Assembly (NCBI GenBank): GCA_052034935.1
Contig: JBPOIB010000009.1
Span: forward strand, 2,357-66,356
Length of the DNA stretch: 64,000 nucleotides
Direction: 5' to 3'
DNA from: Candidatus Moraniibacteriota bacterium
GTDB taxonomy: Bacteria; Patescibacteriota; Minisyncoccia; Moranbacterales; UBA1568
In this document: piece after piece, positions 55,521 to 64,000 of the stretch
Layout: every line of letters starts with the position of its first letter
How positions within the stretch are numbered: position 1 is the stretch's first letter
Translations under genes and position numbers: made by a program
The notes under the pieces: generated by a model
Seen by the model: only the letters and a program-made list of their open reading frames with translations
What the model was told of the DNA's origin: nothing
The model's database searches: none

Positions 55521-56432
55521 ATGAATAGAAAAAAGCTCGCATTGCTCGTAGTCGCCGGGTTAGCGGTGATTTTTGCTTTTTTGGTCGACCAAAAAAAACT
55601 GTCGGAGCCTCAGTTGTCGACTGCGTTTACAAACGAACAGATCGTGGCCATTATCGGGTATGCGGGCGACGCCATGGAGCCTTCGATTTCAAGGGATGGA
55701 CAGTATTTATTCTGGAATAGCCTGAACGACGCCATCAGTACGGGTGTTTATTATGCTAAGCGAATCGATGATGCGAACTTCCAGTTTGTTGGGGAGGTTG
55801 CCAATGTAAACGGAGTTCCGCCTCGCCTTGACGCCGTAGCAAGTATGGATAGTGATGGAAATTTCTACTGGGTTTCGCTACGAAACTACCCGGATATATT
55901 TGAGAATTACCAGCGCGGAAAATTCAGCGATGGTACGGTGACAGACATCGCTCCTGTGAAGGGGGACTTCTACAAAAGAAGTCCCGGGTGGCTTATCATG
56001 GATGCCGAAGTAAGTTCCGATGGTGAACTTCTTTTTTTTGTGAATGCGAAATTTGAAGGAGGAGTATTGCCTGTGGAGTCGATCATCGGCTTTGCACGCC
56101 GGGTTAATGGGGAATTTATCCGAGATGCAAACTCTGACCAGCTATTGCGGAATATTAATACCGAAAAGCATCTCGAGTACGCGCCCTCGCTTTCGGCCGA
56201 TGGAATGGAACTGTTTTTTACCCGAGCCCGAGGAACCGGGATATTCATGAAAACCCATATCTATAGTTCTCGTCGGAACAGCCTTACTGAAGCATTTGGA
56301 AAACCGGAGCCTATCGACATCCGTGGCAATGGTATCGAGGGTCCATCGATTAGTTCTGATGGGCGAACATTGTACTACCACAAGAAAGACGGACAGCATT
56401 TCAGAATTTTCAAAATGACGAGGGATCGGTAG
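55521..56432 (+). CDS. membrane-anchored PD40/TolB-like beta-propeller protein
   Basis: Repeated PSISRDG, VSSDG, PSLSADG, PSISSDG blades. Confidence 0.8.
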   Translation: MNRKKLALLVVAGLAVIFAFLVDQKKLSEPQLSTAFTNEQIVAIIGYAGDAMEPSISRDGQYLFWNSLNDAISTGVYYAKRIDDANFQFVGEVANVNGVPPRLDAVASMDSDGNFYWVSLRNYPDIFENYQRGKFSDGTVTDIAPVKGDFYKRSPGWLIMDAEVSSDGELLFFVNAKFEGGVLPVESIIGFARRVNGEFIRDANSDQLLRNINTEKHLEYAPSLSADGMELFFTRARGTGIFMKTHIYSSRRNSLTEAFGKPEPIDIRGNGIEGPSISSDGRTLYYHKKDGQHFRIFKMTRDR

Positions 56433-56530
56433 TTTTTCCAGGTTTCCTTATCGGAAAACAGAGACCTGTCGTTTTAGAGAAATCGAATGGTGTAAAATAG
56501 AAATCATAATCGACTAAATGAAAGCATAGT

Positions 56531-56836
56531 ATGGCTGGATTCATGGAGTTTATCAGGAATCAGGGAGTCGTCGGTCTCGCGGTCGGATTCATTCTCGGCG
56601 GTGCGGTTTCGAAAGTAGTAACAGCACTCGTGACCGATATCATCAACCCAATTCTCGGTGTTGCGCTCGGTGCCGTCGACGGATTGAAGTCGGCCAAGTT
56701 CTCAATTGGTTCGGCCGATATTCTGATCGGAGATTTTCTCAGCGTAACGATCGACTTTCTTGTCATTGCCGCGGTCGTCTACTACGGTGTCAAAGGCCTC
56801 GGTCTCGATCGGCTCGACAAGAAAAAAGAAAACTAA
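56531..56836 (+). CDS. mscL: large-conductance mechanosensitive channel
   Basis: FMEFI...VVGLAVGFILG.A..KVV.ALV.DII.P. Confidence 0.92.
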   Translation: MAGFMEFIRNQGVVGLAVGFILGGAVSKVVTALVTDIINPILGVALGAVDGLKSAKFSIGSADILIGDFLSVTIDFLVIAAVVYYGVKGLGLDRLDKKKEN

Positions 56837-56918
56837 TGTGAACCAAAAAAGCGCCGCTGGGCGCTTTTTTCTATGCTAAAATAAAGAAGATTTCGATAAT
56901 TTCAAATCACTTACACAT

Positions 56919-57467
56919 ATGGAAACGCCTCTCGAAACGACTCCCGCCATGAAAAACTCTTCGCCCGTAGTTGTAAAGTGGTCATTTGTTTTCGGTATCA
57001 TGCTTTTAGCGAATCTCTTCGTTGCTTATCTCGTTCAGGCTTTGTATCCGACGCCCGAATACGAAAACTTTTGCTCAATGGATCTTTCTGCCAAGTTGAT
57101 AGAGTCTGAAAGCGTCTGTCGGGAGATCCGTGGCCAGTGGAATGCTGATCAGAGCGGAATGAATCCGAAAGGCGGCTACTGTGATGCGACCGTCGAGTGC
57201 CGAGGAAAATACGAAGCTGCGACGGCACTACATGACAGGAATGTCTTTGTCGTCTTTGTCGTCTTCGGTGCCCTGCTTCTTGCAGCGAGCGCCTATCTCG
57301 GAGTGGCTGAAGTGATCGCGCTCGGACTTTCCTTCGCTGGAGTGCTCGCACTGGTCATCGGATCGTTCTGGCACTGGTCTACCATGCAGGAGTGGCTGCG
57401 CGTCATCGTCCTGGGAGTCGCACTCCTGGCGGTAATCGCGATCGCGGCCAGAAAATTTAAAGCTTAG
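56919..57467 (+). CDS. membrane protein with a Cys-containing extracellular loop
   Basis: 4 TMs; PEYENFC...C...GYCD...C loop. Confidence 0.7.
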   Translation: METPLETTPAMKNSSPVVVKWSFVFGIMLLANLFVAYLVQALYPTPEYENFCSMDLSAKLIESESVCREIRGQWNADQSGMNPKGGYCDATVECRGKYEAATALHDRNVFVVFVVFGALLLAASAYLGVAEVIALGLSFAGVLALVIGSFWHWSTMQEWLRVIVLGVALLAVIAIAARKFKA

Positions 57468-57477
57468 ACGACCGAAT

Positions 57478-58113
57478 ATGTCTGAAAAAAATAAAGAGAT
57501 ACCAGAAACAGTCGTCGGCGATGAGAAAGAGAAAAATGCTAATCGTCCTGCTATCGCCCCTGAGACCATTAAGGAGGCTGCTGAGCCGAACGAGGCATTT
57601 TTCGGAACGGTTCTCATTGGTTGTCTCGCACTCTCGCTCATCGCCGCCGTGGGCTACTTCGGATTCTCTGGTTATCGCTACTTCAAGGCAGTGAAGAACG
57701 AGAAGGCAGTTCCGTCGATCGCTGCACTACCCGTCCTAGAAAAAAAAGACGAATCATCAGAATCGGCCGAGAGGGGAGAGGGGGAGAAGGAGACCGAAAA
57801 GCTTGCCGCTGAAGTGGCTGCGGTGGATAAGAAAACGCTTGAAGTGAAAGTGCTGAATGGTGGTGCAGCGAAAGGTGTGGCCGGGACGTATGCAGAAAAG
57901 CTCAAGAAAGAAGGTTTCGTGAAAACCACTGTCGGCAATACGTTCGGAAGCTACACCGGAGCAGTCATCTACTATGCTCAGGGGCAAGAGGCAGGACTGG
58001 CTGCCTTGAAAGAAGTGGTGCTCAAGGATTATCCCAAGCTTACAGCTAAAGAAGCAGAATCAGGGAATAAGGACACGACGGCCGCCGCTCTGACTCTTAT
58101 CCTGGGCCGATAG
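57478..58113 (+). CDS. LytR C-terminal domain membrane protein
   Basis: VKVLNGG...GVA....L...GF.....GN. Confidence 0.85.
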   Translation: MSEKNKEIPETVVGDEKEKNANRPAIAPETIKEAAEPNEAFFGTVLIGCLALSLIAAVGYFGFSGYRYFKAVKNEKAVPSIAALPVLEKKDESSESAERGEGEKETEKLAAEVAAVDKKTLEVKVLNGGAAKGVAGTYAEKLKKEGFVKTTVGNTFGSYTGAVIYYAQGQEAGLAALKEVVLKDYPKLTAKEAESGNKDTTAAALTLILGR

Positions 58114-58125
58114 CCAACGTCAGCA

Positions 58126-59214
58126 ATGTTTCCTTTCGTGATGCGTTTTAGTAGACTCCTTCATCGTTTAGCAGTTTTGCCGTTCGGGGCATCCGTGCTC
58201 TTCGCGTTTCCGGCGAGCACGAATTTTCAGCTGAAGGACTACGGCTACGGTGGGGGCGGAGTAGCGAATGGCACATCGTCGAGTTACGCGATCGAGGGGA
58301 TTGCTGGAGAACAGAATGCGCCGCGGCTCGACGGTACGACGTATGATCTTGGGCCGGGACTCCAATTTACTAATCAAGCCAACGTTCCGTCAGCCCCAGC
58401 GTTTACGAATCCGGCGAATTACTACAATAAGCTCGAACTGGTGATTAGTACTGGCTCCAATCCGAGCGATACGCTTTTTGCGATCGCTATCAGTACGGAT
58501 GATTTTGTTACGACGAATTATGTTCAGAGTGATTCTACAGTCGGCCCAGTACTCGGACTGGAAGATTATCAGACTTATGCAGCTTGGGGTGGCGCGAGTG
58601 GCTTCAATATTATTGGCCTTCTCCCGAGCACAATCTATAAAGTGAAGGTAAAATCCTGGCAGGGGAAATTTACCGAAACCGGATACGGGCCAGAAAGCTC
58701 GGCTGCGACCGTCGGCGCGACGCTTACCTTTGACATCGATGTCTCGGCATCCGACACGGATACGAATGCTCCGTATGCGACGAATATCGGCGATCTTCTC
58801 GCTGGTACGGTTACGAGCAGTCCAGAGAAAATCTGGGTCGATTTCGATACCAATGGCGAAAGTGGCGGCCGCGTGTATATCGTCGCCAGTAACGCCGGAC
58901 TCCAGAGTAGTCGGGCGAGCTATACAATTAGCTCGGTCACGGGTAATTTGACTGCTCTTCCTGAGGGCTTCGGCGCTCAAGGGTCGACAGCGACCCAGTC
59001 ATCGGGCGGGCCGTTCACCGTTGCGGCGGCCTATGCGCTTGCCTCGGACAATGTAGCGATCACTGATACGACAATCCGCGAAATTTTTGCGACGAGTGGT
59101 CCAGTGACGAGTGGTCGTGGTTCATTTCTTCTCAAGGCAAAGAGTTCGGCAGTGACTCCAGCAGCCGGAGACTATGCCGAGACTCTAACCGTCATCGCCT
59201 CGGCCAGTTTTTGA
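58126..59214 (+). CDS. secreted FN3-like plus WxL/pilin-like beta-sandwich protein
   Basis: Signal peptide; GLLPSTIYKVKV FN3 signature; DTN..SG, C-terminal AGDYAETLTVIASASF. Confidence 0.65.
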   Translation: MFPFVMRFSRLLHRLAVLPFGASVLFAFPASTNFQLKDYGYGGGGVANGTSSSYAIEGIAGEQNAPRLDGTTYDLGPGLQFTNQANVPSAPAFTNPANYYNKLELVISTGSNPSDTLFAIAISTDDFVTTNYVQSDSTVGPVLGLEDYQTYAAWGGASGFNIIGLLPSTIYKVKVKSWQGKFTETGYGPESSAATVGATLTFDIDVSASDTDTNAPYATNIGDLLAGTVTSSPEKIWVDFDTNGESGGRVYIVASNAGLQSSRASYTISSVTGNLTALPEGFGAQGSTATQSSGGPFTVAAAYALASDNVAITDTTIREIFATSGPVTSGRGSFLLKAKSSAVTPAAGDYAETLTVIASASF

Positions 59215-59287
59215 AGAGAGCGAGTCTTGACGGAGGGATTTTTTCACATCTGGACTCATGTTAGAATAAGAAGGTAAAAGAATTCCC

Positions 59288-59316
59288 TTGACCAAGCCGT
59301 TTTTTTCGTGTATACT
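59288..59316 (+). promoter_or_regulatory. sigma70-type promoter
   Basis: TTGACC-17-TATACT. Confidence 0.7.
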
Positions 59317-59383
59317 GGATGCATGAAGCTGAAGAACGGGTGGCCCGGTGGGTGCCCGTTTCTTTTTTTGGGAAAATAAAAGT

Positions 59384-60433
59384 ATGTCCGTGAAAGTAAT
59401 CCGTCCAATCAGTCTCCTTAATCTCGCTGCGCTTATCGCAGTGGGAATCTTGCCGGTTGTTTTCATTACTCTGACAGCACAGGCTGGAAATCTTGAACAA
59501 GTCTATATCAGACTTGATCGGCTTAAGGCTTCGACAACCACCGGCGGCACGGTCTGTGCTCAAGCGGATACCGTCGCGACGGAAGCGGATGTACAGGTGG
59601 TCTTCCCGACCGGCTTCACAGTCAACAGTACGCCCGCCAACTGGACCGTCACAACGACCAATCTGCCTAGTGGTGCAACTGCCTGGCCAGGAATCAACAC
59701 TGCGACAGCTGTGTCCGGACAGACGGTCACTTTTCCCTCAGGTGATCTGACGGTGAGTACGCTCTACTGCTTCAATTTCTCCGGGACGAGTACGCTGACC
59801 AATGCGACGGCCGGCAATGATAAGACCGGGACGGTCACGACACGGGCCAGTGGTCCGACCACTATCGATTCCTCCGGATACGCGCTTGCTATCGTCTCCG
59901 ATGATCAGATTGTCGTGACGGCGACGGTTCCAGCAACCTTTTCTTTTGCTCTTTCAGGGAATACCGATACCTTCACCGGCAACCTTTCGACTACGACGGT
60001 TTCGACATCTGGGCGGACAGTGACCATTGCGACGAATGCCGCTTCTGGTTGGGTCGCGTGGGTGAAAAGTGCTAACGCCGCCCTGAACTCGGCCTCCACC
60101 GGTGCTTCAATCGCGACCGCCGGATCAGTTGACAACTCGCCGACCGATCTCGCCTCGGCCACGGGCTATGTCCTCGATGTGAATGTTACGACCGACTCGG
60201 CCACGGGTACGGGTACGGTTTCTCAGGCTTCAAACTACGGCGCCGAATATAATGGTACGAACGTGACATCGGGCGGTACGCTTTCGACAGCATTCCAACC
60301 AATTGCCGCCTCAGATGGTACGACCGACGGCGACGTGCTGACACTTATTGAACGCGCAAAAATCACGGCCGTTCAGGCGGCAGCGACTGATTACACGGAT
60401 ACGTTGACGGTGGTCGCAGCCGGGCGCTTCTAA
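59384..60433 (+). CDS. secreted Thr-rich two-domain WxL/pilin-like protein
   Basis: Signal peptide; VTATV.ATFSF, TNAASGW, C-terminal ATDYTDTLTVVAAGRF. Confidence 0.7.
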   Translation: MSVKVIRPISLLNLAALIAVGILPVVFITLTAQAGNLEQVYIRLDRLKASTTTGGTVCAQADTVATEADVQVVFPTGFTVNSTPANWTVTTTNLPSGATAWPGINTATAVSGQTVTFPSGDLTVSTLYCFNFSGTSTLTNATAGNDKTGTVTTRASGPTTIDSSGYALAIVSDDQIVVTATVPATFSFALSGNTDTFTGNLSTTTVSTSGRTVTIATNAASGWVAWVKSANAALNSASTGASIATAGSVDNSPTDLASATGYVLDVNVTTDSATGTGTVSQASNYGAEYNGTNVTSGGTLSTAFQPIAASDGTTDGDVLTLIERAKITAVQAAATDYTDTLTVVAAGRF

Positions 60434-60550
60434 CAGCCCCGCTAAATCAGAGAAATAGTCCCTGAAAAGGGATTTTTTCTTGGTTGGGACTTTTGCATCG
60501 CTTTCGGATATACTGGGGGAAGCTCTCGGCTTGCCTGTCTCATACTATAT

Positions 60551-61585
60551 ATGAAACTCCTCTTTTTCCTGGTTATTCTCCTCGCTCTCCCGTCGGCAGC
60601 TTTTGCTCAGGATGGATCGTTGCGTCTTGTTACCTCGCCCCTCCCGATTTCCCTTATCGCTGAGCCTGGGACGAGTGTGACCGCCGAGCTTAAGGTGAAG
60701 AACGCGGGCACGGAAGCAGAAAACCTGAAAATTGAGATTCTCAAATTCAAGGCTTATGAAGATACGGGAAAGCCGGCACTCCAGGATATCGAACCGACCG
60801 ACGAATTTGTGAAATGGGTCAGCTTTTCTGAACCGACAGTCACTGTTCTCCCGGAGGAATGGAAGACGGTTACGGCTACCTTCAATGTGCCGAAAGAGGC
60901 CTCTTTTGGCTATTACTACGCTTTTGTCTTCAGTCGTGTGAAAGACAAAGAGGATCTCGCGCCTCAGGAGACGGCAGTTGTTGGTGGCACCGCCACGCTG
61001 GTGCTCCTTGAAGCTCGCGTCCCGGATGCTAAGCGGACGATTGAGGTTACGGAGTTCTCGACGGATAAGACCGTCTATGAGTTCCTTCCGGTCCGCTTCA
61101 CGGTCTCTCTCAGGAATACGGGCAATGTCCATGTCGCACCGCGCGGTAATCTTTTCCTCAGCCAGGGTGACGATAAGGATATTGCTCTTTTGGAGATCAA
61201 TCCCGGCAAGGGGAGTATTCTCCCAGAATCGACCCGGATCTTTGATTCCGAATGGAAGGATGGCTTCCCGGTTTATGAAGAGACGGTCGAAGACGGTAAA
61301 GTCGTCCTTGATGAGCTGGGACAACAGACCCATCACCTCACTTGGAATTTTGAGAACACTTCGCATCTTCGGATGGGCAAGTACACCGCCAAGATGCTGC
61401 TTGTCTACGACGATGGAACACGCGATATCCCGATTGAGGGGGTGGTATCCTTCTGGGTGATGCCGTGGAGATTACTCGCAGCAGCAGTCTTTATCGTAAT
61501 CTTCTTTTTGATTGGTATGAAATCAAGTGTGATGAGAGTATGGCGTGTCCTGCGCTCCGAAAAAAACGAAGCTCGTCCAGCATGA
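60551..61585 (+). CDS. DUF916/WxL-interacting (PapD-like) protein with C-terminal TM
   Basis: SP......PG, VKNAG, WV......V.PEE, P..A..GYY, LRNTGNVH..P.G, GKY.A. Confidence 0.75.
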   Translation: MKLLFFLVILLALPSAAFAQDGSLRLVTSPLPISLIAEPGTSVTAELKVKNAGTEAENLKIEILKFKAYEDTGKPALQDIEPTDEFVKWVSFSEPTVTVLPEEWKTVTATFNVPKEASFGYYYAFVFSRVKDKEDLAPQETAVVGGTATLVLLEARVPDAKRTIEVTEFSTDKTVYEFLPVRFTVSLRNTGNVHVAPRGNLFLSQGDDKDIALLEINPGKGSILPESTRIFDSEWKDGFPVYEETVEDGKVVLDELGQQTHHLTWNFENTSHLRMGKYTAKMLLVYDDGTRDIPIEGVVSFWVMPWRLLAAAVFIVIFFLIGMKSSVMRVWRVLRSEKNEARPA

Positions 61586-62499
61586 GGGCTTTTTGGATAG
61601 TTCTTGGACTCATGCTCATTCCCCGGGCAGTGTTCGGTGCTGGTTTTAGTATCACGCCCATGCTTCAAGAGGTTTCGCTCGATGGAAACTCGGGCGCTGA
61701 ATCCAGTGTAGCAATCCGCAACGAGACTACAGTAAGCGCAACATTCGAGATTTCGACAATCGATTTCAAGGGGCTTGATCAGTCCGGTGGCATCGCCTTT
61801 CTCGGGGCGAGTGACATTGCTAATACCTATTCGCTGGCGCCCTGGCTCGTCCCAGAGGTGTCACAAGTGACGCTTTCACCCCTGGAAACCCGTGAGATTC
61901 GAGTGAAGCTTAACAATGATGAAACGCTTTCGCCGGGAGGTCATTATGGTGCGCTTGTCTTCAGACAAGTAAGTCTATCTGGTCCAGTAGACGTTCCGAA
62001 AGTCGCGCTGCAACAGCTCTTTACCTCACTTTTTTTCGTTAAAAAGATCAGCGGAGCGAAATATGGTATGGAGCTCGAGTCTTGGGGGGCAAAACGACAT
62101 ATGTTCCAGCCTTTCTCTGCTCAAAAAGTGACATTCCGTGCCACTGGCAATGTCCATATCGTGCCAAGGGGGGAAATCAGCGTTTCAGACCCATTTGGGA
62201 GACTTATCGCCAAAGCGAGTCTGAATGAGTCCTCAGCTATCGTTCTTCCGGGAATGATTCGCGAGTTTCCCATAGTGCTTCACTCTGTCCTGATAGCCTG
62301 GATTCCTGGGAAATACCGGCTCACACTCCAATACCGATCAGACGATATCTCGGTACCGCAGATCAGTGAACGTGATGAGATTTTTATCCCGTTCCGTTTC
62401 CTTCTCTCCCTGGCTGTTTTCCCACTCCTCTTTTTTACCTTTAGGCTATTTTTTCGCTTCCGTACTGCTCGAAGCACTTCACCAAGCAAATCTCTATGA
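61582..62499 (+). CDS. second DUF916/PapD-like protein with C-terminal TM
   Basis: ITP, IRNE, LAPWL, PGGHYGAL, TGNVHIVPRG, PGKYRL; ATGA-coupled; start moved to 61582. Confidence 0.72.
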   Translation: MRAFWIVLGLMLIPRAVFGAGFSITPMLQEVSLDGNSGAESSVAIRNETTVSATFEISTIDFKGLDQSGGIAFLGASDIANTYSLAPWLVPEVSQVTLSPLETREIRVKLNNDETLSPGGHYGALVFRQVSLSGPVDVPKVALQQLFTSLFFVKKISGAKYGMELESWGAKRHMFQPFSAQKVTFRATGNVHIVPRGEISVSDPFGRLIAKASLNESSAIVLPGMIREFPIVLHSVLIAWIPGKYRLTLQYRSDDISVPQISERDEIFIPFRFLLSLAVFPLLFFTFRLFFRFRTARSTSPSKSL

Positions 62500-63107
62500 A
62501 TTCTGTGGTAGAAGGTGTGAAAATAGAAGGGCAAAGAGTAAAAATCAAGAAACGAGTTCTTTGGATCGGGGCAGTGTCGCTGATTGTTTCAATCGTTATA
62601 TTTCTTAACTGGCTTTTCGGACAGAAATCGTATGGAAACATCGCGTCTTTGGATCCGGTGACCGAAACCAAGGCCAAAGAACTGGTTGGCCAGTCTGTTT
62701 ATGACGGAAAATATATCACTTTCACCTACCCGTCGGATTTCAAGCGCCAAGTCGAGAGTGAATCTGTCAAATATCCCTTGCTTGAGCGCGCATATTTCAC
62801 CCAGGGTGATATTGCCGGGAGAAAGATTGCTGTGACTATCCAGGATAATACGGGCTATAGTCTCGAAGAATATTCGAGTTATCGTATCCGGACAGCTGAA
62901 CCGAACACGTATCAGCAGAAAACTTTTGAGGAAGCCAGCCTTAGAGCGACTGTTTTCGTGAAAGAAACGAATGGACCAGAAGTAGCACTCTTTTTCGAAG
63001 AAAAGAACCGGGTTGCGAGCATTGTCCTATCGTCGTTGACGACTCCTGAGGGGCTCGAAGGGGAGGCGCGTACACTTCTCCGGTCATTTCGTTGGAAGAA
63101 TGAATAG
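62496..63107 (+). CDS. single-TM protein, possible PsbP-like ectodomain
   Basis: TM followed by FTYPSDF...LLRSFRW; ATGA-coupled. Confidence 0.6.
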   Translation: MNSVVEGVKIEGQRVKIKKRVLWIGAVSLIVSIVIFLNWLFGQKSYGNIASLDPVTETKAKELVGQSVYDGKYITFTYPSDFKRQVESESVKYPLLERAYFTQGDIAGRKIAVTIQDNTGYSLEEYSSYRIRTAEPNTYQQKTFEEASLRATVFVKETNGPEVALFFEEKNRVASIVLSSLTTPEGLEGEARTLLRSFRWKNE

Positions 63108-63259
63108 AGACTCCCGTTTTCCCTTGACGCCTATCGGACTTTTTCTTTTGTTAGAGCCATCGCTTTGATATACTGATAACGTGCCATAATTCTTGCTTCG
63201 ACGGGTGAACCGAAGCAGGTAGTTTCTCTTTGTCCGATAAAAAAATCGGGCTTGTGTAT

Positions 63260-64000
63260 ATGTCGTCACCCCGAAAACACAATCTAACATCAAAATACAG
63301 GTTATTTCTGTCCCGGCGATCCGTCATCGGATTTTTCAGTTTTTCTCTCTGTATTCTTTCAGTTTTTTCTCTCGGTAGCCCGGCTGATGCGGCGACTGGT
63401 ATCAATGAGCAGATTAGTTTCCAGGGAAAGGTAGTCAATACCGACGGAACCAATGTCGCCAATGGGAGTTATAATTTTCTTTTTTGTCTCTACACCACTG
63501 CTAGTCCGGCGACACCTTGTACTGGAGTTGCGGACAATGACGCTGTTTGGCGCGAATCAAAGAGTGTGACGGTGACTGATGGTATTTTCCAGTCGAATCT
63601 CGGCGATACCACTACCCTCCCAGGATCGGTGGATTTCAATACCGACAATATTTACCTTGGCATCAATTTTAATAGTGATGGTCAGATGACACCATTAGTA
63701 CGATTCACTGCGGCGCCGTATGCCCTGAATGCCGCCAAGGTGGGTGGACTCACCGTGACTGACACGACCGGTACGCTGACGATTCCGAATAGCGAAACGA
63801 TTTCTTTTGGCGGATCATTTTCGACCACAGCCTCTAACGATATTGCTTTGACGACCTCGGGCGCGACGACACTGACATTACCCACGACCGGTACGCTCGC
63901 TACCTTAGCTGGGACAGAGGTGTTGACGAATAAAACCATTGGCTCGACGGGGCTGGTATTTTCTGGCGCAACGACCGACATTACCACCACTTCGGGTGAA
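63260..64000 (+). CDS. large surface fibre/adhesin protein, 5' part (runs off the window; absent from ORF track)
   Basis: Open frame from ATG 63260 to the window end: signal peptide, QISFQGKV...GSY.F.F.LY...VWRES..V.V.DG.F...LG...F....YLGI.....MTP..RFTAAPYA, then Thr-rich TLTLPTTGTLATLAGTEVLTNKT. Confidence 0.8.
   Translation, partial: MSSPRKHNLTSKYRLFLSRRSVIGFFSFSLCILSVFSLGSPADAATGINEQISFQGKVVNTDGTNVANGSYNFLFCLYTTASPATPCTGVADNDAVWRESKSVTVTDGIFQSNLGDTTTLPGSVDFNTDNIYLGINFNSDGQMTPLVRFTAAPYALNAAKVGGLTVTDTTGTLTIPNSETISFGGSFSTTASNDIALTTSGATTLTLPTTGTLATLAGTEVLTNKTIGSTGLVFSGATTDITTTSGE

Noticed and set aside
1-64000. Alternative genetic code (TGA = Gly, as in Gracilibacteria)
   Set aside because: Full-length genes such as pyk and trmB end at TGA, and conserved proteins are not interrupted under code 11.
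55288-64000. Prophage or integrative element at tRNA-Ser
   Set aside because: No integrase, att duplication or virion genes seen; mscL and LytR_C genes follow.

Overview
Origin-proximal chromosomal segment of a standard-code bacterium. Its gene repertoire (stand-alone CPR-type T4SS pilin domain, DUF3048, FemAB, Wzy_C proteins, no biosynthetic genes) suggests Patescibacteria/CPR, probably Parcubacteria; this is inference, not a search result. Core content: ahpC-sod-nrdAB, a surface-glycan cluster, rpmH-rnpA-yidC-jag, dnaA-oriC-dnaN-dciA, PBP1A, ruvA/B/C, pilB, tsaE-polA-mutM, holA, rpsT, femAB-murE, lemA-htpX, pyk, tRNA-Ser(CGA) and mscL. Strongest candidates for undescribed biology: (1) a cluster of three ATP-grasp ligases, a retropepsin-like protease domain, a 7TM protein and a GT4 (21.2-26.4 kb); (2) an orphan-gene operon punctuated by a repeated two-hairpin RNA element with a GNRA loop, ending in a glycine-zipper lipoprotein (50.9-53.0 kb); (3) an usher-less WxL/Csu-like pilin plus membrane-anchored chaperone locus next to a tail-fibre-like adhesin (58-64 kb); (4) a pilin-M15 peptidase fusion. 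Also notable: an unannotated +13 cationic 37-aa peptide, a ~230-nt structured intergenic RNA candidate, a TrmB switch with visible operators, and an NrdA with Gln at the catalytic Asn. All family assignments are from motif recognition by eye; no database was searched.
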